This document shows, piece after piece, positions 17,208-26,159 of a stretch of DNA of 40,331 bases. The stretch covers positions 1-40,331 of the forward strand of contig JAEULF010000114.1 in the NCBI GenBank assembly GCA_016793965.1, given 5' to 3'. The notes beneath the pieces are model-generated. The model was not told the DNA's origin and ran no database searches. It saw only the letters and a list, made by a program, of their open reading frames with translations. The number at the start of each line of letters is the position of its first letter. The first letter of the stretch is position 1. The stretch is from Alphaproteobacteria bacterium (lineage in GTDB: Bacteria; Pseudomonadota; Alphaproteobacteria; JAEULF01). The position numbers and the translations under genes were made by a program.

Positions 17208-17316
17208 ATAAGCAGGTCATAAGGAAGATCGCTGCCGCTCTTGAGCTTTCGCATGGCCGCGGCCGCCTTTACGTGTCCCTTACAGGCGCATCCGGGGTTT
17301 CCCATCGACCCTTTAC
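17208..17316. promoter_or_regulatory. Putative KdpE (OmpR-family) binding repeats
   Basis: CTTTAC (17267) and CCTTAC (17278) are 11 bp apart, with a third CTTTAC (17311) in helical phase. An opposite-strand CTTAT pair (17208, 17219) is also 11 bp apart. Confidence 0.5.
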
Positions 17317-17365
17317 GGGCGACTCCCCTAATCCTCGTCGCGCTCGCGAAACGCGGAGGCAAGCC

Positions 17366-17449
17366 ATGAGCGACCTCTACTTCCTGCTGCTCGGCCTCGG
17401 GGTGTTCGCCCTGATGGCGCTCTACGCGCGGCTCTGCGCGCGGCTCTGA
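17366..17449 (+). CDS. 27-aa hydrophobic peptide upstream of kdpF
   Basis: GGAGG RBS; MSDLYFLLLGLGVFALMALYARLCARL. Confidence 0.65.
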   Translation: MSDLYFLLLGLGVFALMALYARLCARL

Positions 17450-17459
17450 GGAGGTTCCT

Positions 17460-17546
17460 ATGCTCGACCTGATCGTCGGCGCCGTCGTGGCGGCCGGCTT
17501 GGGCGCTTACTGCCTGTATGCGCTGCTCAATCCCGACAAGTTCTGA
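17460..17546 (+). CDS. kdpF: K+-transporting ATPase subunit F
   Basis: GAGGAGG RBS; [28 protein letters not shown] has the KdpF YxxYALxxPxKF ending and lies directly before kdpA. Confidence 0.9.
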   Translation: MLDLIVGAVVAAGLGAYCLYALLNPDKF

Positions 17547-17594
17547 GCCGCGGCACGCCCGAAACCCGGCGTGCCCTGAGCGTGGAGACCCGTC

Positions 17595-19322
17595 ATGACC
17601 CCGAACGGCTGGCTGCAGATCGCCGTCTTCTTCCTTCTCGTCCTCGCCACGGCGAAACCGCTCGGCGCGCTGATGGCGCGCGTCTTCGCCGGCGAGCGCA
17701 CCTGGCTCGATCCGGCGCTGGGCCCGGTCGAGCGCGGCCTCTACCGCGCGGCGGGCGTCGACCCGGCGCGCGAGCAGGGCTGGCTCGGCTACACCATGGC
17801 CATGCTGGCGTTCAACGCGCTCGGCTTCGCGAGCCTGTACGCGATCCTGCGCTTGCAGCACCTGCTGCCGTGGAACCCGCAGGGCCTGCCGGCGCTCTCG
17901 CCGCATCTCGCCTTCAACACGGCCGTCAGCTTCACCACCAACACGAACTGGCAGTCCTACGGCGGCGAGACGACCATGAGCTACTTCTCGCAGATGGTCG
18001 GGCTGACCTTCCACAACTTCGTGTCGGCCGCGACCGGCATCGCGCTCGCCATCGCGCTGGTGCGCGCCTTCGCGCGCAGCTCGGCGCAGACGGTCGGCAA
18101 CTTCTGGGTCGACCTGACGCGCGCGACGCTCTACGTGCTCCTGCCGCTCTCGCTCGTCGTCGCGCTCGTCCTGGTGGCGCTGGGCATGCCGCAGACGCTC
18201 GGTGCCTATGTGGACGCCGTGACCGTCGAGGGCGCCAAGCAGTCGATCGCCGTCGGGCCGGTGGCGAGCCAGGTCGCGATCAAGCAGCTCGGCACCAACG
18301 GCGGCGGCTTCTTCAACGTCAACTCGGCGCATCCCTTCGAGAACCCGACGATCTGGACCAACCTGGTCCAGTCCTGGGCGATCCTGGCGCTCGCCGCGGC
18401 GCTGGCCTGGACGTTCGGGCAGATGGTCGGCGACCGCCGGCAGGGCTGGGCGGTGCTCGCCGTCATGGGCGTCATCCTGGTCGGCGCCACGGGCGTCGCC
18501 TACTGGGCGGAGGCCGGCGGCAACCCGATCCTCGCCGCGCAGGGCGTCGACCAGGCGGCGATCGCGCTCCAGTCCGGCGGCAACATGGAGGGCAAGGAGG
18601 TCCGCTTCGGCGTCGCCCAGTCGGCGATCTGGGCGGCGGCGACGACCGGCGCCTCGAACGGCTCGGTCAACTCCATGCACAACAGCTACATGCCGCTGGG
18701 CGGGCTGGTGCCGCTCGTGCTCATCCAGCTCGGCGAGATCGTGCCGGGCGGGGTCGGCTCCGGCCTCTACGGCATGCTGGTGATGATCGTCATCGCGGTC
18801 TTCGTGGCCGGGCTCATGGTCGGACGCACGCCCGAGTACCTCGGCAAGAAGATCGAGGCCAGGGAGGTCAAGATGGCCATGCTCGCCGTCCTGATCCTGC
18901 CCTTCTGCATCCTGGGATTCACCGCGATCGCCGCGGCGCTGCCCGGGCCGCAGGAAGGCCTCGCCAACGCCGGCGCCCGCGGCTTCACGGAGATGCTCTA
19001 CGCGTTCTCCTCGGCGACCGGCAACAACGGCAGCGCCTATGCCGGGCTGACCGCCAACACGCCCTTCTGGAACACCACGCTGGGCATCGCGATGCTGCTC
19101 GGCCGCTTCGCCTACATCGTGCCCGTCATGGCGATCGCCGGCTCGATGGCGGGCAAGGTGCGCGTGCCGACCAGCTCGGGCACCTTCCCGACGCACGGGC
19201 CGCTGTTCATCGGCCTGGTCGTCGGCGTGATCCTCATCCTCGGCGGGCTGCAGTTCTTCCCGGCCTTGGCCCTCGGTCCCGTCGTCGAGCACTTCCAGAT
19301 GCTCGCCGGCAGGACCTTCTGA
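17595..19322 (+). CDS. kdpA: K+-transporting ATPase subunit A
   Basis: [43 protein letters not shown]. Confidence 0.98.
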   Translation: MTPNGWLQIAVFFLLVLATAKPLGALMARVFAGERTWLDPALGPVERGLYRAAGVDPAREQGWLGYTMAMLAFNALGFASLYAILRLQHLLPWNPQGLPALSPHLAFNTAVSFTTNTNWQSYGGETTMSYFSQMVGLTFHNFVSAATGIALAIALVRAFARSSAQTVGNFWVDLTRATLYVLLPLSLVVALVLVALGMPQTLGAYVDAVTVEGAKQSIAVGPVASQVAIKQLGTNGGGFFNVNSAHPFENPTIWTNLVQSWAILALAAALAWTFGQMVGDRRQGWAVLAVMGVILVGATGVAYWAEAGGNPILAAQGVDQAAIALQSGGNMEGKEVRFGVAQSAIWAAATTGASNGSVNSMHNSYMPLGGLVPLVLIQLGEIVPGGVGSGLYGMLVMIVIAVFVAGLMVGRTPEYLGKKIEAREVKMAMLAVLILPFCILGFTAIAAALPGPQEGLANAGARGFTEMLYAFSSATGNNGSAYAGLTANTPFWNTTLGIAMLLGRFAYIVPVMAIAGSMAGKVRVPTSSGTFPTHGPLFIGLVVGVILILGGLQFFPALALGPVVEHFQMLAGRTF

Positions 19323-19351
19323 CCGCACGCAATCAATCGAGGCGCACTCCC

Positions 19352-21397
19352 ATGAAAGCGCAAGCCATCTCGCTGTTCGACGCGGCCATCCTCAAGGAGG
19401 CCGCCGTCGCCGCGGTCCGCAAGCTCGATCCGCGCACGCTGGTGCGCAACCCCGTCATCTTCGTGACCGAGGTGGTGGCGGCGCTTGCCACGGCGGTGCT
19501 CGTCCGCGACCTGCTCGCCGGCCCCTCCGGAGCTGGCGGCTCGCACGCCTTCACCGGCCAGATCGCCGCCTGGCTGTGGTTCACCGTGCTGCTCGCCAAC
19601 TTCGCCGAGGCCGTCGCCGAGGGCCGCGGCAAGGCGCAGGCGGCGACCTTGCGCCGGACGCGCACGGACACCAAGGCCAAGCGCCTGCTGCACGAGGGCA
19701 CCGACATCTTCGAGCCGGTCCCGGCGCGCGAGCTGCAGAAGGGCGACCTGGTGCTGGTCGAGGCGGGCGACGTCATCCCGGCCGACGGCGAGGTCTTCAT
19801 GGGCGTCGCCTCGGTCAACGAGTCGGCGATCACCGGCGAATCGGCGCCGGTCATCCGCGAGGCCGGCGGCGACCGCTCGGCGGTCACCGGCGGCACCACC
19901 GTGCTGTCCGACTGGATCCGCGTGCGCATCACCGCGACGTCGGGCAGCTCCTTCCTTGACCGCATGATCGCGCTGGTCGAGGGCGCGCAGCGCCAGAAGA
20001 CGCCGAACGAGCTCGCGCTGAACGTGCTGCTCGCCGGCATGACGCTGATCTTCCTGATCGCCGTGGTGACGCTCTGGAGCATGGCGGCCTACGCCAAGAC
20101 CGAGCTGTCCGTGCCGGTCCTCGTGGCGCTGCTCGTGACCCTCATCCCGACCACGATCGGCGGGCTCCTCTCGGCCATCGGCATCGCCGGCATGGACCGC
20201 CTGGTGACGTTCAACGTGCTCGCGATGTCCGGGCGCGCCGTCGAGGCGGCGGGCGACGTCGACACGCTGCTGCTCGACAAGACCGGGACGATCACCTACG
20301 GCAACCGCATGGCGACCGAGCTGCTGCCCGTGCCGGGCGTCTCCCGCGAGGAGCTGGCGCGCGCCGCGCTGCTCTCCTCGCTCGCCGACGAGACGCCGGA
20401 GGGCCGCTCGATCGTCGCCCTGGTCGCCGAGCGCACCGGCATCGCCGCGCCCGACCTGGCCGGCCGCCAGGCCAAGTTCGTGCCGTTCTCGGCCCAGACG
20501 CGCATCAGCGGCGTCGACCTGGACGGCACGCCGATCCGCAAGGGCGCCGTCGATGCGATCCTCGCGACGGCCAGCGACACGCCGCCGAACGAGTTCCGCG
20601 CCGCCGTCGAGCGCATCGCGCGCACCGGCGGCACGCCGCTCGCGGTGGCGCAGGGCGGCCGCCTCCTCGGCGCGATCCACTTGAAGGACGTGGTCAAGCC
20701 CGGCATCAAGGGCCGCTTCGAGGCGCTGCGCCGGATGGGAATCCGCACGGTCATGGTGACCGGCGACAACCCGGTGACCGCCGCCGCGATCGCCGGCGAG
20801 GCCGGCGTCGACGACTTCATCGCCGAGGCGACGCCCGAGCACAAGCTCCGCTACATCCGCGCGCGGCAGGACGAGGGCAGGCTGATCGCCATGTGCGGCG
20901 ACGGCACCAACGACGCGCCCGCGCTCGCCCAGGCCGACGTCGGCGTCGCCATGCAGACCGGCACGCAGGCGGCGCGCGAGGCCGGCAACATGGTCGACCT
21001 CGACTCCAACCCGACCAAGCTCATCGAGGTCGTCGAGATCGGCAAGCAGCTCCTGATGACGCGCGGAGCCTTGACGACCTTCTCGATCGCCAACGACGTC
21101 GCCAAGTACTTCGCCATCATCCCGGCGCTGTTCGTGGCCTCGCTGCCCGAGCTGGGCGCGCTCAACGTGATGGGCCTGGCCTCGCCCCAGAGCGCCATCC
21201 TGTCGGCGGTGATCTTCAACGCGCTGATCATCGTCGCGCTGATCCCGCTGGCGCTGCGCGGCGTCGCATTCCGCCCGGCCTCGGCCGCGTCGGTGCTGCG
21301 CCGCAACCTGCTCGTCTACGGCGTCGGCGGCGTGGTGCTGCCCTTCGTCGGCATCAAGCTCGTCGATCTCGCCCTCGTCGCCCTCGGACTCGCGTGA
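19352..21397 (+). CDS. kdpB: K+-transporting P-type ATPase subunit B
   Basis: TGES, DKTGT (phosphorylated Asp), [23 protein letters not shown]. Confidence 0.98.
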   Translation: MKAQAISLFDAAILKEAAVAAVRKLDPRTLVRNPVIFVTEVVAALATAVLVRDLLAGPSGAGGSHAFTGQIAAWLWFTVLLANFAEAVAEGRGKAQAATLRRTRTDTKAKRLLHEGTDIFEPVPARELQKGDLVLVEAGDVIPADGEVFMGVASVNESAITGESAPVIREAGGDRSAVTGGTTVLSDWIRVRITATSGSSFLDRMIALVEGAQRQKTPNELALNVLLAGMTLIFLIAVVTLWSMAAYAKTELSVPVLVALLVTLIPTTIGGLLSAIGIAGMDRLVTFNVLAMSGRAVEAAGDVDTLLLDKTGTITYGNRMATELLPVPGVSREELARAALLSSLADETPEGRSIVALVAERTGIAAPDLAGRQAKFVPFSAQTRISGVDLDGTPIRKGAVDAILATASDTPPNEFRAAVERIARTGGTPLAVAQGGRLLGAIHLKDVVKPGIKGRFEALRRMGIRTVMVTGDNPVTAAAIAGEAGVDDFIAEATPEHKLRYIRARQDEGRLIAMCGDGTNDAPALAQADVGVAMQTGTQAAREAGNMVDLDSNPTKLIEVVEIGKQLLMTRGALTTFSIANDVAKYFAIIPALFVASLPELGALNVMGLASPQSAILSAVIFNALIIVALIPLALRGVAFRPASAASVLRRNLLVYGVGGVVLPFVGIKLVDLALVALGLA

Positions 21398-21408
21398 GGA
21401 GTTGCACC

Positions 21409-21975
21409 ATGCTCGCCCATCTCCGCCCCGCCATCGTCATGGTCGCCGGCTTCACTCTGCTGACCGGCGTCGCCTATCCGCTTGCCGTCACCGGCATCGC
21501 GCAGGTCGCCTTCCCGGCGCAGGCTTCCGGCAGCCTGGTCGAGCGCGACGGCAAGGTCGTCGGCTCGCGGCTGATCGGACAGGCCTTCGCGAGCGACAAG
21601 TACTTCCGCCCCAGGCCGTCGGCAGCCGGCGAGAAGGGCTGGGACGCCGCCGGCTCGAGCGGCTCGAATCTCGGCCCGCTCTCGGCCAAGCTCGTCAAGC
21701 GCGTGCAGGAGGACGCCGCCGCGCTGCGCGGCGCCGACGCCGGCGCCCGCGTGCCGGTCGATGCGGTCACGACCTCGGGCAGCGGCCTCGACCCGCATGT
21801 CACTCCGGCCAACGCGCTCGGCCAGGCGAAGCGCGTCGCCGCTGCGCGGGGCCTCGCCGAGGACAAGGCCCGCGCCCTCGTCGAGCGGCATGTCGAGGAG
21901 CGCGCGCTGGGATTCCTCGGCGAGCGGCGCGTCAACGTGCTGCAGCTCAACCTGGCGCTCGACGGCCTGAGGTAA
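21409..21975 (+). CDS. kdpC: K+-transporting ATPase subunit C
   Basis: LRPAIV...[38 protein letters not shown]. Confidence 0.96.
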   Translation: MLAHLRPAIVMVAGFTLLTGVAYPLAVTGIAQVAFPAQASGSLVERDGKVVGSRLIGQAFASDKYFRPRPSAAGEKGWDAAGSSGSNLGPLSAKLVKRVQEDAAALRGADAGARVPVDAVTTSGSGLDPHVTPANALGQAKRVAAARGLAEDKARALVERHVEERALGFLGERRVNVLQLNLALDGLR

Positions 21976-22061
21976 GGCGCCGGGCGTTAAGGCGCGGGGC
22001 GGCGATGCTGGCGCGTTGACGCCGGCCCGCGCCGGGCGCAGCTTGCCGCAGAGGAGGACGC

Positions 22062-24782
22062 ATGGCCGATCGCGCGGACCAGGAGCCGGCCCGGCCGTCG
22101 CCGGAGGCGCTGCTCGCGGCGGCCTCGAAGGAGGGCAGGGGCAGGCTCAAGGTCTTCCTGGGAGCGGCACCGGGCGTCGGCAAGACCTACGCCATGCTGC
22201 AGTCCGGGCGCCGCGCCAAGGCGGACGGCGCGGACATCGTCGTCGGCATCGTGGAGACGCACGGCAGGCGCGAGACCGAGGACCTGCTCGCCGGGCTGGA
22301 GATCCTGCCGCGCCGCGCCGTCGAGTACCAGGGGCGGGTCCTCACGGAGCTCGACCTCGACGCGGCGCTCAAGCGCAAGCCGAAGCTCGTCCTGGTCGAC
22401 GAGCTGGCGCACACCAACGCGCCGGGATCGCGCCATCCCAAGCGCTACCAGGACGTCGGCGAGCTGCTCGACGCCGGCATCGACGTCCACACGACGCTCA
22501 ACGTCCAGCACCTGGAGAGCCTCAACGACGTCGTGCAGAAGATCACGCGCATCCGCGTGCGCGAGACGCTGCCGGACCGCGTGCTCGAGGAGGCCGACGA
22601 GGTCGAGCTGGTCGACATCACGCCCGAGGAGCTGATCAAGCGGCTCAAGGAGGGCAAGGTCTACGTCCCCGGCAACGCGCAGCGGGCGCTCGACCACTTC
22701 TTCAAGGCCGGCAACCTGACGGCGCTGCGCGAGCTGGCGCTGCGCCGCACCGCCGAGCGCGTCGACAGCCAGATGGTCGACTACATGCGCCGGCACGCCA
22801 TCGAGGGTCCCTGGCCGGCCGGCGAGCGCATTCTCGTCTGCGTCGGGCCGGACCCGCTCGGGCCGGAGCTGGTGCGCACAGCGCGCCGGATGGCCGACCT
22901 GATGAGCGGCTACTGGGTCGCGCTGCACGTCGAGCGGCCGGGCCAGGCCGGCCTCGCCGAGGCGGAGCAGGCGCGCGTCGACGAGACGCTGCGCCTCGCC
23001 GAGCACCTCGGCGGCGAGGCGGTGCGCATCCTCGGCGACGACCTGCCGGGCGAGCTGCTGCGCTACGCGCGCGGCCACAACATCACGCAGGTCGTGCTCG
23101 GGCGGGTGCGCAGCTCGCGCTGGGCCGTGCTGACGCGCCGCTCGCTGGTGCACGAGGTCGTGCGCCGCAGCAGCGGCATCGCCGTGCACGTCATCACGGG
23201 CGAGCCCGGCGAGGCGGCGGCGCCGGTGCCGGATAGGCGGCCTGCCGCTGAGGGCTGGCTTCCCGCCTCCCTCGCGGCGACGGCCGCGGTCGCCGCCGCC
23301 GTCGGCGTCGCGGTCGGCATCGACGCGATGCTCGACCTGCCGAACCTGTCGATGATCTTCCTGGCGTCCGTCCTGTTCTGCGCGATCCGCTACGGCATGG
23401 CGGCATCCGTCCTGGCGTCGCTGCTCTCCTTCCTCGCCTACAACTTCTTCCTGATCGAGCCGCGCTACACGTTCAGCGTCAGCGACGGCAGCGACCTGCT
23501 CTCGCTGCTCGTGTTCCTGGCCGTCGCCATCCTGACGAGCGGGCTGGCCGGGCGCGCGCGCGACCATGCCGCGGCGATGCGCGCGCGCTTCAAGTCGACC
23601 CAGGCGCTCTACGACTTCAGCCGCAAGCTCGGCGCCACGGCGCGGGCCGACGACCTGCTCTGGGCGGTGGCGCAGCAGGTTGCCGCCGCGGCCGGCGGAC
23701 GCAGCGTCGTGCTGCAGCCGGAGACCGGCGAGCTGGCATTGGCCGCCGCCTTCCCGCCCGACGAGGCGCTGGAGGTGGCGGACTGGGCGGCGGCGCGCTG
23801 GGCCTGGGAGAACGGCGAGGTCGCCGGCCGCGATTCGGCGACGCTACCCTCGGTCAAGTGGCAGTTCCGCCCGGTGCGCACGGCGCGCGGCATGGTCGCC
23901 GTGGTCGGCGTCCGCCCGAAGGACGACGGGCGCGCGCTGCGCAGCGAGGAGCTGCGCATGCTCGACGCGCTGCTCGACCAGGCGGCGGTGGCGTTGGAGC
24001 GCGCCGACCTGGTCGCCGAGGCGGCGGAGGCCGAGGCGATCGCCCAGACGGAGCGCCTGCGCACCGCGCTGCTCTCCTCGATCTCGCACGACCTGCGCAC
24101 GCCGCTCGCTTCGATCCTCGGCTCGGCGACGAGCCTGCTCGCATACGGCGAGAGCTTCTCTCCGGCCGCGCAGCGCGACCTGCTGGTCACCATCCGCGAC
24201 GAGACCGAGCGGCTTTCCCGCTTCGTCGCTAACCTGCTGGACATGACGCGGGTCGAGTCCGGCGCGCTCGAGATCAAGCGCGACTGGGTCGACATTGCCG
24301 AGCTGTGCGGCTCGGCGGCCGGCCGCGTCGCCGGATTCCTCGGCGCCCGGCGCCTGCAGCGAAGCGTGGCGGCGGACCTGCCGCTGCTGCGGCTCGACTT
24401 CGCCCTGATGGAGCAGGTGCTCTTCAACCTGCTCGACAACGCCGTCAAGTATGGCCCGGACGGCAGCGCCATCGCGCTGCGCGCTGCGCGCGACGGCAAC
24501 GCCGTGACCATCGCGGTGGAGGACGAGGGGCCGGGCATCCCGCCTGGCGACCTGGAGCGCGTCTTCGACAAGTTCTACCGCGTGCACCGCGGCGATGCGG
24601 CCGTCGCCGGCACCGGCCTCGGGCTGTCGATCTGCCGCGGCATCGTCGAGGCGCTGGGCGGCACGATCAGGGCGCGCAGCCCGGTGCGCGCCGGGCGCGG
24701 CACCGCTGTCGAGATCCGCTTCCCGGCGCCGGCTGCCGATGCGGCGCCGGCCGCCGCCGGCGCCGAGCGGCCCGTCGCCTGA
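22062..24782 (+). CDS. kdpD: Sensor histidine kinase KdpD
   Basis: GAAPGVGKTYAML (KdpD domain), USP-like region, 4 TM, GAF-like region, SHDLRTPL H-box, GTGLGL G-box. Confidence 0.97.
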   Translation: MADRADQEPARPSPEALLAAASKEGRGRLKVFLGAAPGVGKTYAMLQSGRRAKADGADIVVGIVETHGRRETEDLLAGLEILPRRAVEYQGRVLTELDLDAALKRKPKLVLVDELAHTNAPGSRHPKRYQDVGELLDAGIDVHTTLNVQHLESLNDVVQKITRIRVRETLPDRVLEEADEVELVDITPEELIKRLKEGKVYVPGNAQRALDHFFKAGNLTALRELALRRTAERVDSQMVDYMRRHAIEGPWPAGERILVCVGPDPLGPELVRTARRMADLMSGYWVALHVERPGQAGLAEAEQARVDETLRLAEHLGGEAVRILGDDLPGELLRYARGHNITQVVLGRVRSSRWAVLTRRSLVHEVVRRSSGIAVHVITGEPGEAAAPVPDRRPAAEGWLPASLAATAAVAAAVGVAVGIDAMLDLPNLSMIFLASVLFCAIRYGMAASVLASLLSFLAYNFFLIEPRYTFSVSDGSDLLSLLVFLAVAILTSGLAGRARDHAAAMRARFKSTQALYDFSRKLGATARADDLLWAVAQQVAAAAGGRSVVLQPETGELALAAAFPPDEALEVADWAAARWAWENGEVAGRDSATLPSVKWQFRPVRTARGMVAVVGVRPKDDGRALRSEELRMLDALLDQAAVALERADLVAEAAEAEAIAQTERLRTALLSSISHDLRTPLASILGSATSLLAYGESFSPAAQRDLLVTIRDETERLSRFVANLLDMTRVESGALEIKRDWVDIAELCGSAAGRVAGFLGARRLQRSVAADLPLLRLDFALMEQVLFNLLDNAVKYGPDGSAIALRAARDGNAVTIAVEDEGPGIPPGDLERVFDKFYRVHRGDAAVAGTGLGLSICRGIVEALGGTIRARSPVRAGRGTAVEIRFPAPAADAAPAAAGAERPVA

Positions 24783-24791
24783 GGATGCCCG

Positions 24792-25487
24792 ATGAGCGAA
24801 TCCCTGCCGCGCGTCCTGGTGGTCGACGACGAGCCGCAGATCCAGCGCTTCCTGCGCCCGAGCCTCGGCGCCAACGGCTACGACATGATCGAGGCGGCGA
24901 CCGGTGCGGAGGCGCTGCGGCGCGCCGCCGCCGACGCGCCCGATGTCGTGGTGCTCGACCTCGGACTGCCGGACATGGACGGCAAGGACGTGATCCGCCA
25001 GCTCCGCGCCTGGTCGGAGGTGCCGGTCATCGTGCTCAGCGCGCGCGACCGGGAGGCCGAGAAGATCGAGGCGCTCGACCTTGGCGCCGACGACTTCGTC
25101 AACAAGCCCTTCGGCATCGGCGAGCTGATGGCGAGGCTGCGCGCCGCGCTGCGCCACCGCCTGCGCAAGGCCGGCGAGACGCCGGTGTTCCGCGCGGGAT
25201 CTCTCGTCGTCGACCTGGTGAAGCGTCTGGTGACGCGCGACGGCGAGCCGGTCCGCATGTCGCCCAAGGAGTACGACCTGCTGCGCGTGCTGGTGCAAGC
25301 GGCCGGACGCGTGGTGACGCACCGCCAGCTCCTTGTCGCGGTGTGGGGGCCTGCCCATGTCGAGGACACCCAGTACCTGCGCGTCTATGTCGGCCAGCTC
25401 CGCCACAAGATCGAGGACGACCCGACGCAGCCGAGGCTGGTGCTGACCGAGCCGGGCGTCGGCTACCGGCTGTTCGTCGAGGAGTGA
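24792..25487 (+). CDS. kdpE: Response regulator KdpE
   Basis: VVDDEPQI, LDLGLPDMDG, YLRVYVGQLRHKIE, TEPGVGYR. Confidence 0.96.
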   Translation: MSESLPRVLVVDDEPQIQRFLRPSLGANGYDMIEAATGAEALRRAAADAPDVVVLDLGLPDMDGKDVIRQLRAWSEVPVIVLSARDREAEKIEALDLGADDFVNKPFGIGELMARLRAALRHRLRKAGETPVFRAGSLVVDLVKRLVTRDGEPVRMSPKEYDLLRVLVQAAGRVVTHRQLLVAVWGPAHVEDTQYLRVYVGQLRHKIEDDPTQPRLVLTEPGVGYRLFVEE

Positions 25488-25589
25488 ACGGAGACGCGTC
25501 GCGAGCCATGCGGAGAGGCGAGGCCAGGTCACGCGTTCCGGCGAAGCGATCGATCGGCTATTGTCGAGACGGTTGAACGGGTGGAGAGC

Positions 25590-25994
25590 ATGGCGAACGT
25601 GGTCAGCAGGGCGAAGGCAGGGGAGGGGCAGGCGCGCATCGTGCCGGTGCTCGCCGCTGCGCTCTCGCTGCTCGTCGCCTCCTTCGCCGGCACGATGCCT
25701 GCCCCGCTGCCGATCTTGGCGCAGGCGGAGCGAAGCAGCCCCGGGATCGATGCGCCGCGACCCGGTGCGGCGGCGGCGATCCGGCAGTTCGTCGGGCTGC
25801 CATCGGCCGGCGACGCGCGCGATCGATCGGAGCGCGCGCTATGGCGCGGCGGCGAGGCGTCGGCAGTTCGGCCCGACGCCGCTCCTGGCCTCGACCTGCG
25901 GCGCGCGGCGACCGCTTCGGCGCCGATCGCGGAACCGCAGCGCGCTTCGGTGCCGGTAGCGGCGGCGCGGCCGCGCGGGCCGCCCGCGGCGTGA
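25590..25994 (+). CDS. Putative translation-arrest leader peptide (ApdP-like) upstream of secDF
   Basis: GGAGAG RBS; N-terminal signal-like segment IVPVLAAALSLLVASFAG; low-complexity linker; C-terminus ...AARPRGPPAA-stop. Confidence 0.7.
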   Translation: MANVVSRAKAGEGQARIVPVLAAALSLLVASFAGTMPAPLPILAQAERSSPGIDAPRPGAAAAIRQFVGLPSAGDARDRSERALWRGGEASAVRPDAAPGLDLRRAATASAPIAEPQRASVPVAAARPRGPPAA

Positions 25995-26001
25995 GCGATC
26001 C

Positions 26002-26034
26002 GCGCGCCGGCCGCAGCACCTGCGATCGGCGCGC
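26002..26034 (+). promoter_or_regulatory. GC-rich hairpin between the uORF stop and secDF
   Basis: GCGCGCCGGCCGCAG-CAC-CTGCGATCGGCGCGC: 13/15 Watson-Crick pairs plus one G-U; no U-tract. Confidence 0.45.
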
Positions 26035-26159
26035 CTGCATCGCCGTCGCGTTCCAGCACTAGAGCCATCGCCCCTGCGACCGTTCGCGGCCGTTGGCGCG
26101 CACGCGCTCCGCTGCGGCCGCAGACGGCTCCGCCGCCCCCGAATTCGAGAGCAAGCCCC

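Noticed and set aside
17582-21397. 1271-aa ORF suggesting a giant KdpB or a kdpA-kdpB fusion
   Set aside because: The N-terminal part is an off-frame read of kdpA in high-GC DNA; KdpB homology begins at ATG 19352.
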